The notes under the pieces were generated by a model. The model made no database searches. It was given only the letters and a program-made list of their open reading frames with translations, and was not told the DNA's origin. 54,408 nt of DNA from a virus. Taxonomy: Duplodnaviria; Caudoviricetes. A program made the position numbers and the translations under genes. This document shows positions 26,886-36,900 of this stretch, piece by piece. Where the stretch lies: IMG/VR virus record IMGVR_UViG_3300021424_000044, positions 1 through 54,408 of that record, one strand, 5' to 3'. Numbering within the stretch: the first letter of the stretch is position 1; each line of letters opens with the position of its first letter.

Positions 26886-28898
26886 ATGGCTTGGAACTCA
26901 TTTAGAAACAAATCTTTAGGCAACGCCGCCGCTAAGGCATTGGGCGTTGGGGCACCGATAAGTCTTGACCCAGGCCGCGCAGGCAAGCCGTACCACGACA
27001 TGTGGGATATCGAGCGCGCTTACCGCGAAGGGTTCCAAAAAATTACCTGGGTCCAAAGGTGTATTGACGCAATCGCTGGAAACCAAGCAAGATTACCCAT
27101 CATCCTTCGCAAAGACAATTCTCGGGATGGCCAAATCATCACTGGGAGAAGAGCACTTCGTTCTCCCCTAATTGAAATCTTTAATACCAAAGCCAACGAA
27201 GGTGAAAATTCATTTGTTTTTCGCTACAGGCTGTCGTCGCAATTGTTGATGTCTTCGCGTGGAGCGTTTATTGAAAAAGTCAAAGGACGCGATGGACGAT
27301 TGATTGGCCTCAATCTTTTGCCACCGCAATTCACCGCACCGATTCCAGACCCAAAGAAATTTATTTCTGGCTACGAAGTGAAGATGCCGACTGGGCAAAC
27401 AATAATTCTAAAACCAGAAGATGTGCTTTGGGTTCGTCGACCACACCCACTTGACCCGTATCTGTCGCTCACTCCAATGGAATCTGCTGGAATTGCGATT
27501 GAAATTGAAAACTTGGCAAAGGTCTATAACCGCAACTACCTAATCAATGATGGTCGCCCTGGCGGAATCCTTGTTGTCAAAGGCGAAATTGATGACGATG
27601 ATAAAGATGAATTACGTAACAGATTTAGGGGCAATATAGGGCGCGCAGGACACACAACCGTAATATCGTCTGACGAAGGTGTCGACTATGTTGACACTTC
27701 GGCAAATCCGAGAGACGCCGCATATGTTCAAATGCGGCAAATTCAGAAAGAAGAAATTCTTGCCGCATTCGGAGTTCCAGAATCGGTAATTGGAAATGCA
27801 TCTGGCAGAACGTTCAGCAATGCCGCAGAAGAGCATCGCGTGTTCTGGAACGAAACCATGCTTCCACATATTGATTTGCTTGCGCGCGCATTTGATGAAC
27901 TTGATGAAGTCAACTATGTGGATTTTGATGTAACAAGCGTTCCAATTCTTATTTTGTACAAGCAGGAGCGCTCTCGTTACTATATGGAAGAAGTTCAGAT
28001 GGGTCTCATTAGTACCAATGAATATCGTGAAGCAACAAGCAGGAAAACAGTCGAAAGTGACCTTGCTGATTCTTTGTTGATGAATCCAAACCTTACGCCA
28101 ATCGCCAACACTGAAAAGAAAATGGAACAGCAACCACAAGCAGGAATGCCAGGAATGCCAGGTATGCCGCCTGGTGCCCCAGGGATGCCACCACAAGGTG
28201 GGGCGCCAGTTGACCCAACCGCGAGCCCGCTCGACCCCAATACGATGGCTGGCGCGCTCGCCCAAGAGGGTGTTCCACCAGGAGGTCAATTGCCGCCAGA
28301 AGCCGCTGGGATGCCAGCCGCAGAACCGCAGCCTGGAATGGAAAACACAGCATTACCGCCAGGTCAGCAATTGTCCGCCGAGGCGTTTGGTCTCATCGAA
28401 ACCAAAGAGGACAACGTCTCGCTTCAGCGATGGTCCGCGATTCTTAATCGAGCCTTGGAAAGAACCATCGAACGCCAACAGAGAGTTACTCTTGAAAAAA
28501 CAAATGGCGCGAAGGCCAAGAAGGCTCTACAAAACGGCAGTCTTGCAATTGACATGATTTTTAATACCGAAGTCTGGGACAGGCAGTTTGAGGAAGACAT
28601 CAGGCCAGTTCTCTCCACCATCATTTCAGATAGTTCCGAGTACTCAGAAAAGACCCTTGACCAATCCGATGTGGTGGCACAACTTGGTGCGCAGATGCAG
28701 AGATTTAGGGAAGTTAATGAGTCAACTTATAACGCACTTAACTCCGCCTATGTGACCAGTCTCAACGTAAAAGACGCAGAGCAGCGCAGCATTATCTTCA
28801 AGTCGAGTTGTGTGGCCATATTTTCAAACATCTTGGCCAAGTCGGTGAACGAGATATCGAGTAACGAAGCCCGACGAGCGTGGATGTTCGCAAACTAA
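26886..28898 (+). CDS. HK97-family portal protein with Pro-rich linker and C-terminal extension (670 aa)
   Basis: WVQRCIDAIA...LP, NDGRPGGIL, EEILAAFGVP...TFSNA and ISTNEYRE motifs. Confidence 0.93.
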   Translation: MAWNSFRNKSLGNAAAKALGVGAPISLDPGRAGKPYHDMWDIERAYREGFQKITWVQRCIDAIAGNQARLPIILRKDNSRDGQIITGRRALRSPLIEIFNTKANEGENSFVFRYRLSSQLLMSSRGAFIEKVKGRDGRLIGLNLLPPQFTAPIPDPKKFISGYEVKMPTGQTIILKPEDVLWVRRPHPLDPYLSLTPMESAGIAIEIENLAKVYNRNYLINDGRPGGILVVKGEIDDDDKDELRNRFRGNIGRAGHTTVISSDEGVDYVDTSANPRDAAYVQMRQIQKEEILAAFGVPESVIGNASGRTFSNAAEEHRVFWNETMLPHIDLLARAFDELDEVNYVDFDVTSVPILILYKQERSRYYMEEVQMGLISTNEYREATSRKTVESDLADSLLMNPNLTPIANTEKKMEQQPQAGMPGMPGMPPGAPGMPPQGGAPVDPTASPLDPNTMAGALAQEGVPPGGQLPPEAAGMPAAEPQPGMENTALPPGQQLSAEAFGLIETKEDNVSLQRWSAILNRALERTIERQQRVTLEKTNGAKAKKALQNGSLAIDMIFNTEVWDRQFEEDIRPVLSTIISDSSEYSEKTLDQSDVVAQLGAQMQRFREVNESTYNALNSAYVTSLNVKDAEQRSIIFKSSCVAIFSNILAKSVNEISSNEARRAWMFAN

Positions 28899-28984
28899 TT
28901 TCTGTATTCTTTACATAATGACCAAATACTTTCAATGAGTCGGTCCATTGTCGTTTATTATTGCTATGGCAAAAAGGATTTTTG

Positions 28985-31900
28985 ATGGAAGATATCAAAT
29001 TTAAGTCCAACTCTGGACAGTTCAATATTGACCAAGCACAAGGAATAGTGGAGTGCTTCGTCGCTGGGATAGGCAATAAGGACTCCGTCGGCGACATTGT
29101 CGTTTCTGGCGCGTTCGCAAAGAGCCTAGTCCGCAGAAAGCCAAGAGTTGTCTGGGGCCACAACTGGAATGACCCAATTGGCAAAGTCCTAGAAATTTAT
29201 GAAGTTCCGCCAAATGACCCACGGCTTCCACAAAAGATGAAACTTGCTGGCATCGGTGGACTATATGCCAAAGTGCAATTCAATCTGAATTCGGAAAAGG
29301 GTCGAGAAGCGTTTACCAATGTCGCGTTTTTTGGAGAAGAGCAAGAGTGGTCGATTGGCTACAAGACGCTTGATGCGATATATGACAATGGCAGACAGGC
29401 AAACATTCTGCGTGAAGTTGAGTTGTACGAACTGAGCCCTGTCCTTCACGGCGCAAATCAACTTACTGGAACAATCTCTGTAAAAACAGAGGAAGAAAAA
29501 AATCATATGATGCACATGGTGGGCGGCGGTTCAGCGGTTGCCGTCATAGAAAAGCCAAAAGGTCCAGTTGACCCATTTGCGCAAGGTGTTGCGCAGCCAG
29601 CAGACAGCGATAGAACCGCAGCGCTCGAAAGAGAACTTGCCACAAGAACTGGCGGCCCAGTGAAAATTATGAAAGCAAACGAAAGTTCGGTTGTTTTCAT
29701 GAAGCCAGGCAGGGGAGTTTTCCGTCTTGGTTATTACTTTGACGGCGAACAGTATATGTTTGGCAAACCCGAGAAAATGGGCGCGACGATGATGGTCGTC
29801 TCCCCAAGTTCTGGTCGCCCAACCTCAGGTCCAGGAATGCCAAGAATTCCAAATTTCCCTGCGGTTCAGGGCAAGCCATCTACATCAGGGCCAATCATTC
29901 CAGTTAAGTATGGGAATGATGCAGCAGCCACTGGGTTTTTTAATCTGGATGATGAAAAATCATTGACCGAACAACTGTCGGAGCAGCCAGATTTCGTTGA
30001 GCAACTTTCGGGGATTATCGGCTCTCTGCAGGGTTTGGTCAATCAACACCGCTCCGAAAAATCAGAGTTGATGATTCCATGTAAGCCACAGGACGCCTTT
30101 GAGACAAAACAAGCCCTTGACCCAGTGTTTGATTATCACAGAATTGAAACATACGTTACGGAAGATGGCATCGTAATCGCGTCGCCACTGAGTGGAGATG
30201 CTTACGAGGCGGTGGAAAATGCGACCAAATCACTCCTCGGAAGAATTGGCAGGAGTCTTGGTGGCGGGGGAAAAGTTAGGCGCGGCAGGGCCGCGCTAGC
30301 CAGAATCGAAGGGGTACTAGACCCCAGAAAACGTCGTGACTTTGATGGCGACGGACTCATCTTTGATGGCACATGGATGGAGCAACCAGACCCAAATCGC
30401 GCACAATCTGTCTATAGGCAAGTTTCGTTTCTTCGTTCTAGCGGCAAAAAGCCCAAGGAAGTCACTGATGCATTGACTGGGGACGAAGTTCCTCGTTTGG
30501 AAATTAATTTTACCAGAACAGAAAAAATAAAGATTCTTGAGGTTTTGGACAACGTAATCAGTGAAAATCAATTGACCGAAGACAATCCAATAACAAAGTT
30601 GAGAGATTCGATAAAGAATGCCAAGAAAGTTGGCGAACAACTTCAACCGCAACTTTTCGGACCAGACGGCGAAAGTTTGCTTGATGGCGCAAAAGCAGAA
30701 TTTGAAAAATTGCAACCAAGTTTTGAAAAGCATGGCGGCAAAAAACCTGGAACAAAGGGCAGAACGCCAACTGACATAATCAAAGATGTTTTGACCAATA
30801 AGCGTTATGAAAGAAGAAATATCGACAAGCGTGCCAAGGGCGGTCTTGGTGGCACCTCTGCAAGGCAGGGAACAGCGCAGGGCAGACGGACAAACATTGT
30901 TGGCTCCAGTAAGCCCCTTCCACGGCTCGGGGGTAGGCGCGACGGAAAGTTGAACGTAGACGATTTTATTGAAAAAGAATTTTTGCCATTTGATTGGTAC
31001 AAGATGTCTGGTGATGAAAAACTGAAATGGCTCAACAGCAAGCCAGATGGCGCTGGAAATGAAGGGACCAATGAGGAAGCGTTGATAGGTTTGCGGCCCA
31101 AACAAGAGGCATGGCGAAAAACGGTCGAGCAAATAACCAATGACGCGATTGAGCAGTCCCTTGAGGAAGAGGACCCTGCTGAAAATCTTAGGGAGCGCAG
31201 GCAAGCGGCGAGTGAGGACCGCGCGGAAAGAGCGGCGGCGCCACGACGCGTATGGGAACAGACCATAGAAAGAGAAGAAAAAGAAAAGGCCAAGGTCGAA
31301 GAAAAACGCCGCAAGATGCGAGAAGCGGCGGCGGCAAGAAAGGCAAAAGACGAAAAGCGCGAGCCTCGCGAATTCCAGTCTGACCCAGATAGACCAGACA
31401 CGATTGCACACAAGCGAACAGCGGAAAAAATAACTAGAGATTCGGACAAAATCAGAACATTTCTGGACGCGCAATCAGCAAAAGGAAGGGTTAATAAGAC
31501 TGTTGAGGATTTAATCAGCGATGGCCTTGATGATGTTGATGTGTTGATTGCTGACGAGGATGATGTTCCAACGCTTGAATCACTAAGTGAGGCACGAGAC
31601 AAAATTGAAGCGCTTATTGCGACACTCACCGACCCAGACTTGATTGAAAAAATCAACAAGCGAAGAAAGATAAATAAAGAAACTGGCAAAGAAGAAGATG
31701 AACTAGAAGTTGTCACAACCCTTAGCAATGCTGAACAACAGTTGATTCAAGGCTTGAAAACTGTTTCTGGCAGATTGTCCGAACACATCAGTGAATGGGA
31801 GGACAGAGAGTCAGACCTTGATGCCGAAAGGGACCTCATTGGCCGTGCTGGAAGGTCTGGTATCAGGGCGGAAGATTCTGGGTATGACTTTGATGAATAT

Positions 31901-32470
31901 GGTGGCGGAGATGATGGGGCTGATGAGGTAACCAACTTCAGTGTAAACAGGAATCCAAATTTGCTAAGAAGTGGCGGTTCTGGGGTCAGGCGAAGGGACT
32001 TGAACACAGTAGTGAATGAGGCTCGACAATTTCAAACAACACTGGCAAGAAGAAAAACCAGCGGGGGGTTGCGCTCTGGCGGCGGAGGAGACAAAACGCC
32101 AAGAACGGAAATAATTAAAGAGTCGACATGGTGGAGGGGTATCGATACGTCACTAAGGAGAGAAATAGATAAAGCAGAAACATCTGCCATAAAAGATGGT
32201 TTGACGCTTTTGCAACAAAAAATCTCTAAATATAAGGCTGGCGCATTTACGCCTGGCTCCAAGAGAACGAACGTAGGTTCAATCAAAATTACAGCCGATG
32301 AAGCAGACAAAATTCTTGACGCAGTTATGGCGGTAATTGATAGACAAATGACTGCTGGAAAAGGCGGAAGCGTAGGCAGCAGAGCAGAAATTTTTGCGGA
32401 ACTGCTTGAGGCTGTCTCGTCAGCAGCAATGTCAACGTTTATAGATAAAAGCGGTTCGCCCGCGGACTGA
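28985..32470 (+). CDS. HK97-type prohead protease (S78) fused to a ~950-aa extension
   Basis: GNKDSVGDIVVSGAF, VVWGHNW (His), WSIGY (Ser) and LYELSPVLHGAN motifs. The extension carries the DGDG cassette and 3 LRSxG motifs. Confidence 0.9.
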   Translation: MEDIKFKSNSGQFNIDQAQGIVECFVAGIGNKDSVGDIVVSGAFAKSLVRRKPRVVWGHNWNDPIGKVLEIYEVPPNDPRLPQKMKLAGIGGLYAKVQFNLNSEKGREAFTNVAFFGEEQEWSIGYKTLDAIYDNGRQANILREVELYELSPVLHGANQLTGTISVKTEEEKNHMMHMVGGGSAVAVIEKPKGPVDPFAQGVAQPADSDRTAALERELATRTGGPVKIMKANESSVVFMKPGRGVFRLGYYFDGEQYMFGKPEKMGATMMVVSPSSGRPTSGPGMPRIPNFPAVQGKPSTSGPIIPVKYGNDAAATGFFNLDDEKSLTEQLSEQPDFVEQLSGIIGSLQGLVNQHRSEKSELMIPCKPQDAFETKQALDPVFDYHRIETYVTEDGIVIASPLSGDAYEAVENATKSLLGRIGRSLGGGGKVRRGRAALARIEGVLDPRKRRDFDGDGLIFDGTWMEQPDPNRAQSVYRQVSFLRSSGKKPKEVTDALTGDEVPRLEINFTRTEKIKILEVLDNVISENQLTEDNPITKLRDSIKNAKKVGEQLQPQLFGPDGESLLDGAKAEFEKLQPSFEKHGGKKPGTKGRTPTDIIKDVLTNKRYERRNIDKRAKGGLGGTSARQGTAQGRRTNIVGSSKPLPRLGGRRDGKLNVDDFIEKEFLPFDWYKMSGDEKLKWLNSKPDGAGNEGTNEEALIGLRPKQEAWRKTVEQITNDAIEQSLEEEDPAENLRERRQAASEDRAERAAAPRRVWEQTIEREEKEKAKVEEKRRKMREAAAARKAKDEKREPREFQSDPDRPDTIAHKRTAEKITRDSDKIRTFLDAQSAKGRVNKTVEDLISDGLDDVDVLIADEDDVPTLESLSEARDKIEALIATLTDPDLIEKINKRRKINKETGKEEDELEVVTTLSNAEQQLIQGLKTVSGRLSEHISEWEDRESDLDAERDLIGRAGRSGIRAEDSGYDFDEYGGGDDGADEVTNFSVNRNPNLLRSGGSGVRRRDLNTVVNEARQFQTTLARRKTSGGLRSGGGGDKTPRTEIIKESTWWRGIDTSLRREIDKAETSAIKDGLTLLQQKISKYKAGAFTPGSKRTNVGSIKITADEADKILDAVMAVIDRQMTAGKGGSVGSRAEIFAELLEAVSSAAMSTFIDKSGSPAD

Positions 32471-32514
32471 CAAGTGATTTGTAATAGATTTCACCACCGA
32501 ATAAGTCTGTGAAG

Positions 32515-32520
32515 TATAAT
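32515..32520 (+). promoter_or_regulatory. -10 box TATAAT upstream of the 439-aa gene
   Basis: Consensus hexamer in an AT-rich intergenic gap, with an AAGGAG RBS before ATG 32604. Confidence 0.55.
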
Positions 32521-32603
32521 TTGTGAAAACGAATTTTAAGAAATACAACGCAAGACGGGTGCCTGTGGTATTGTCGTCTCGCAACACATAAGGAGCCATC
32601 ACA

Positions 32604-33923
32604 ATGGATTACGACAAGAACGCAGTGGTTAAGTTGGACACCGACGGCTCCGTTTTGAAGTGCGCCAAGGGTGCTGACGCAGAGGGCTGCGGCTACAGCA
32701 TGGGCGCCAAGGTTTGCGCAAAGTGCGGCGCCATGCCCGTTCAGATGAAGGCCATGCCGATGGATGACGACGAGGAAATGGACGACCAGGAAGAAATGGT
32801 TGATGCCGAAGACGAAGATGACGAAGACGCGGTCGAAGAGGATGCGGACGAGGATGACGGCGAGGAAGACGACATTGATGCCAAGACCATGATGCAGGAC
32901 GAGGACGAGGACGAAGACGAAGAGGAAGAGGAAGAGGAAGAGGAAGAGGAAGAGAGTTCCGAACTTGAGGAAATGAAATCTCGTCGTCTAAGAAACATGG
33001 GCTACAAAACAGCCGATGTTGGCGCTCGTGGTTACCTGTGCGCAATTGACCGTAAGGTTTACCCAGGTGGTCAGCCAGTTTGTGACGACTGCGTCGGCGG
33101 ATGCATGGCCGAAAAGGGTATGCCAGGTCTGCTTCATGTTGAAGGTATTGCGGAAGACATGTTTGACGGCAAGGTTTTGGACTCTGGCTATTCAGCAGAA
33201 GCCGACATGTTTGTCGTTGACGTTGAGGCCAAGGATGGTCGCGCCGTTGAGGTGTTCGTTGACGGAACCAGTGCAGAAGTATTGGGCTGGCACAAGTTGG
33301 ACGGAAGTGCGTTTGAGCAGAAGTCGCTTGTTGACGAGATGATGCTCATCGACTTCAACGACGCCGCCGAAATCGCAGTCAAGTCGATTGAGGGCAACGT
33401 TGTGGCTGTTGAGCCAGATGTGTTCGAAGGGTTTGACGCATACGCAGTTGAAATCGACGGCATTGACGGTAAGTCATATGACGTGTTCGTTTCTCTTGAT
33501 GGCGAAGTCCTTGGCTACGACAAGTACGAGGAAGAGGATGCACAAGACATCGAAGCAGAGGCTGCAGAAATTGCATTGAAGCGCGCCTTCACAGACGAAC
33601 AGCGAACAAGCATGGCCAAGGAGGGAACTGCCCTTCCAGATGGCTCTTATCCAATTGGCAACAAGGAGGACTTGTCGAACGCGATTCAGGCTTTTGGTCG
33701 CGCCAAGGATAAGTCTGCCGCCAAGCGCCACATCATCAAGCGCGCAAAGGCGCTGGGTGCTGAGGCAATGATTCCAGCAAACTGGGTTGCTGGGGCCAAA
33801 GCCGATACGGGCCAGTCCGTGGGGGCTGACGGAGAAGCAGTTGACTCGGAGTTCATGTCACAATTGCTTGAATTTGAGTTGCTCAATGCCGAGGTTGAAG
33901 AAAACCAAACCCCAGAATCGTAA
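32604..33923 (+). CDS. Acidic head-associated protein: Cys clusters, poly-D/E tract, two PepSY-like repeats, C-terminal DUF6582-like domain (439 aa)
   Basis: CAKG..C..CAKC and CAID..CDDCVGGC. FNDAAEIAVKSIEGNVVAVE...YAVEI...DGKSYDVFVSLDGEVL is PepSY-like. ALPDGSYPI.NKEDL.NAIQAFGRA...KRHIIKRAKALG. Confidence 0.7.
   Translation: MDYDKNAVVKLDTDGSVLKCAKGADAEGCGYSMGAKVCAKCGAMPVQMKAMPMDDDEEMDDQEEMVDAEDEDDEDAVEEDADEDDGEEDDIDAKTMMQDEDEDEDEEEEEEEEEEEESSELEEMKSRRLRNMGYKTADVGARGYLCAIDRKVYPGGQPVCDDCVGGCMAEKGMPGLLHVEGIAEDMFDGKVLDSGYSAEADMFVVDVEAKDGRAVEVFVDGTSAEVLGWHKLDGSAFEQKSLVDEMMLIDFNDAAEIAVKSIEGNVVAVEPDVFEGFDAYAVEIDGIDGKSYDVFVSLDGEVLGYDKYEEEDAQDIEAEAAEIALKRAFTDEQRTSMAKEGTALPDGSYPIGNKEDLSNAIQAFGRAKDKSAAKRHIIKRAKALGAEAMIPANWVAGAKADTGQSVGADGEAVDSEFMSQLLEFELLNAEVEENQTPES
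32896..32954 (+). repeat. GAGGAC/GAGGAA hexamer run encoding poly-Asp/Glu
   Basis: gaggacgaggacgaagacgaagaggaagaggaagaggaagaggaagaggaagag. Confidence 0.9.
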
Positions 33924-33949
33924 TCCGATTCCAGAAAAAGGCGCCTGCC

Positions 33950-36900
33950 ATGCAGGAACGTAAAGTATTAATTGCGCGCGTCATAAAGAGCGCTCGGGTT
34001 TTGCCTACATCGAAAGATACGCCGCAAGAGCGCATATCGAAATTTGTAGAGGCACAGAAGCAGGTTGTCGCGTACCCGTTTTCGCCAGAACTTTCGGTGA
34101 AGGCACTCGGGCAAGCACTCAAAAACAACAAGGACCCTTCTGCCGACAACAAGGAAAAACGCAAAAAGGCAGAATCCAATTTCACTCGTATCGGTGTTGC
34201 TGTTTTTGACCCAGATGCGACACCCAAAAAGGGCCAATACTTTGAGATAAGACCTCGCAAAGTAAATCAAGACGGACAACTTGGCGATGTGCCGAATGTT
34301 GGTTGGCTTGACCCACGAAAGACGGTCAAACCAGAAGATTTGGTTAACCAGGGCAAGAAGTTTCTAGCGTCGAAAAAGGGACCATCTGTAAGAAAGGTTC
34401 CAGCCAAGAAAAACCCGCGCACTGGACAAATGGAAGTTAAGGCGCTGGGCAGAACAATCGGCAGGGCCGCTGGGAACATCGGGCAAGCAGCCGCAAGGGC
34501 GGCTGGGGTTCTCGTTGATGCTGACGGCAAGTTCAGATGCCCGCCAGGAGTTCCAGCGGCCAATCAATTTACGGATGAAGTTGGAAGCAACTGTTTTGAT
34601 TTTTCCCCATTGGTAGCCCGAGCGTTGGTGAAAATCGCTGAAAAGTTTGGACATCAAATGATGGAAAAACTTAGCAAAGTTAATAACGCAACCCCCTTTG
34701 AGCGGAATGACGATTATCAACTTGTCCTGCGTAGTAGTGGCGGAAGACTCCGTGGCACAGTCCTTGGTCCAGAGAAAGAAAGACTTCGCGGAACACTTCT
34801 TGGTCCTGATGGAAAACCAATACCGCCGACACCACCACCGCCGCCAGCAACACCAATTGAGCCTTTTGATTTGATTGAGCGCGAACTTGAGATAGCAGAA
34901 AGAGACCTTGCAAGAATTGCTGGTTCTGGAGAAATAATTGACCCAGACACCTATGAAGAAAAATTTGAAGAAGCGTTTCGCGCCGCATACCCAGAATTGA
35001 CTGACGAAGAAATCAAGTCGCTTGCCAAAATCGCATCAGAGCGTGAGCGCATGAGAGATAAATTACGCGCAGAGCAGAGAAGCGCACTGGACCTAATAAG
35101 GTCGCTTGGAATAGACGTTGACGAAAGTGACCCAGTGTCAGTTCAAAGAGGAATAGCGCTGGCGTTGTTGAAAATGAAAGAGATGGGCTGGGATATCGAC
35201 CTTGACTCATATTTTGGTGAAGGATTTTCCGAAAATCCAGAGCGAGCATTACTCGCATACAGGAACACCATCGCAAATATGGCTTTGGATGGGACGCTTG
35301 ATGCGGTAAGGCAGGGGATAATTCACGGGATGAGCCCAGCCGATTTAGAGGTACTGCAAAGAAAATACGGGTCAAAATTTGAAGAAATGTTGGTGCAGGG
35401 GATAGTTGATGGCTCCAACCCTTCTGAAATTTTCCCTGATGACGAAAAAGCACAACAGTTGCTTGCCATGGGTCAAAGGTCTCTCGCCAAGGCTCAACAA
35501 TTTGAGACTGGCACCCTTTTGCAATTGATAAATGCAAGGCAAGAGAACCCCGAACTTACGCAAGATATAAAAAGTATTGTTCATGTTGCTTACGACCCCA
35601 GTGACCCGTTTTTTGGGGGGATGAGTATTGACGAAAAGGGCAATTTGCAGTTTCAGATGAATCTCGGCGGAATGTTACTGCTACACCCAGCCGCGTCGTT
35701 GTCGGATTCGGATTCATTCCTGTATGAACCAACTGGGACCGCTGGAACAGAAATAGAAAAATTGAAAAGAATAGGCGAAGTTGTAAGCGCGGAAAATAGG
35801 CACCGCCTGCTTGATTCATACATGGGGGGCCTAACGACATTTGCAGAACAAATATCTAAAATCCGCAACGGCGAAGGCTACATGACGCAGAGTCTCAACG
35901 ATTCATTTGGTGGTATGGCGCTTGGCCAATTCGTTGCTTTTCATGAACTGACGCATGGGCGCCAACTTTCCATGGCAAGGGAGATAATCAAGTCAAGAAA
36001 CCCTGGAATGTCAAACAGTGAGGCTATGGCACTGTTGGGTCAAATGATTTTTCAGGGCAGAAAATTCACGGATTCAAGAGGTGTTGACTTCGATTACGGA
36101 ACAATGATTACCGACCCGCAAGTGATGCTCACCGCATGTGCGAACATGAGGGAAATAGTTCATCACTTAATCGACAATAAAGTCGGAGGTACATACGGTC
36201 CCTCGCATTACTATTCCACGTTTTACTTAAACGAGGTCATGAGCAAAGCCAATAATTATTCTGACGTGAGCGACCTAAGAGACAGTCTCGTTATGCGGAA
36301 GCGAGAATTGGAGGCCGCAGGAAAAAACGAAGAAGACGCAGAATACAAGGGTCTGATTATGGCTATAGGGCGTATTGACGGTGTCCTAGCAAGTGCCACC
36401 GATGACGAAGACGCCCTATTAAAGATGCGCAGACAAGTAAACGAAATGGCTCAAGTTACATATTTGGAAATGCAGGCAGACCTTTCGGCTGCAGTGAAAT
36501 TCGGGCTCATAAAAGAAACTCCAGAAATAAAGGCATTCCTGGCTCCGCTATCGCTTGGCCAAGACCTCCCAGAAATAAAAAAGAATATTGTGCCGCCGCC
36601 GCCGCCAGCACCGCCTGGCCCACCACCAACGAGGCGAGATAAGTTGAGGGAATTGGCAGGGATAGGTAAACGAGCAAGAAAAATTTCGATGATGGACTTG
36701 CGAGACATGGTTGAGGGAATCGCTGACATAGATGAAGCCACTGATAAAACTGGTGGTCTTTCTGCTCACGACAGGACTCTCATGTCGGCAGGTATGGCGT
36801 CAGCCGCAAAATTTGATAGTAGGGGCTCTGCATCCAGATGGGGCAAACAAGTCAGAGACGCTGTGTTGCGCGACATGACAGAAAAACATCGTGAGGTGTT

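Noticed and set aside
30317-31728. Long antisense ORFs (385 and 307 aa), and similar ones at 27612-28289, 47810-48475 and 51931-52749
   Set aside because: These are shadows of charged, low-complexity plus-strand genes. They are Ser/Phe/Leu-rich with no motifs or RBS.
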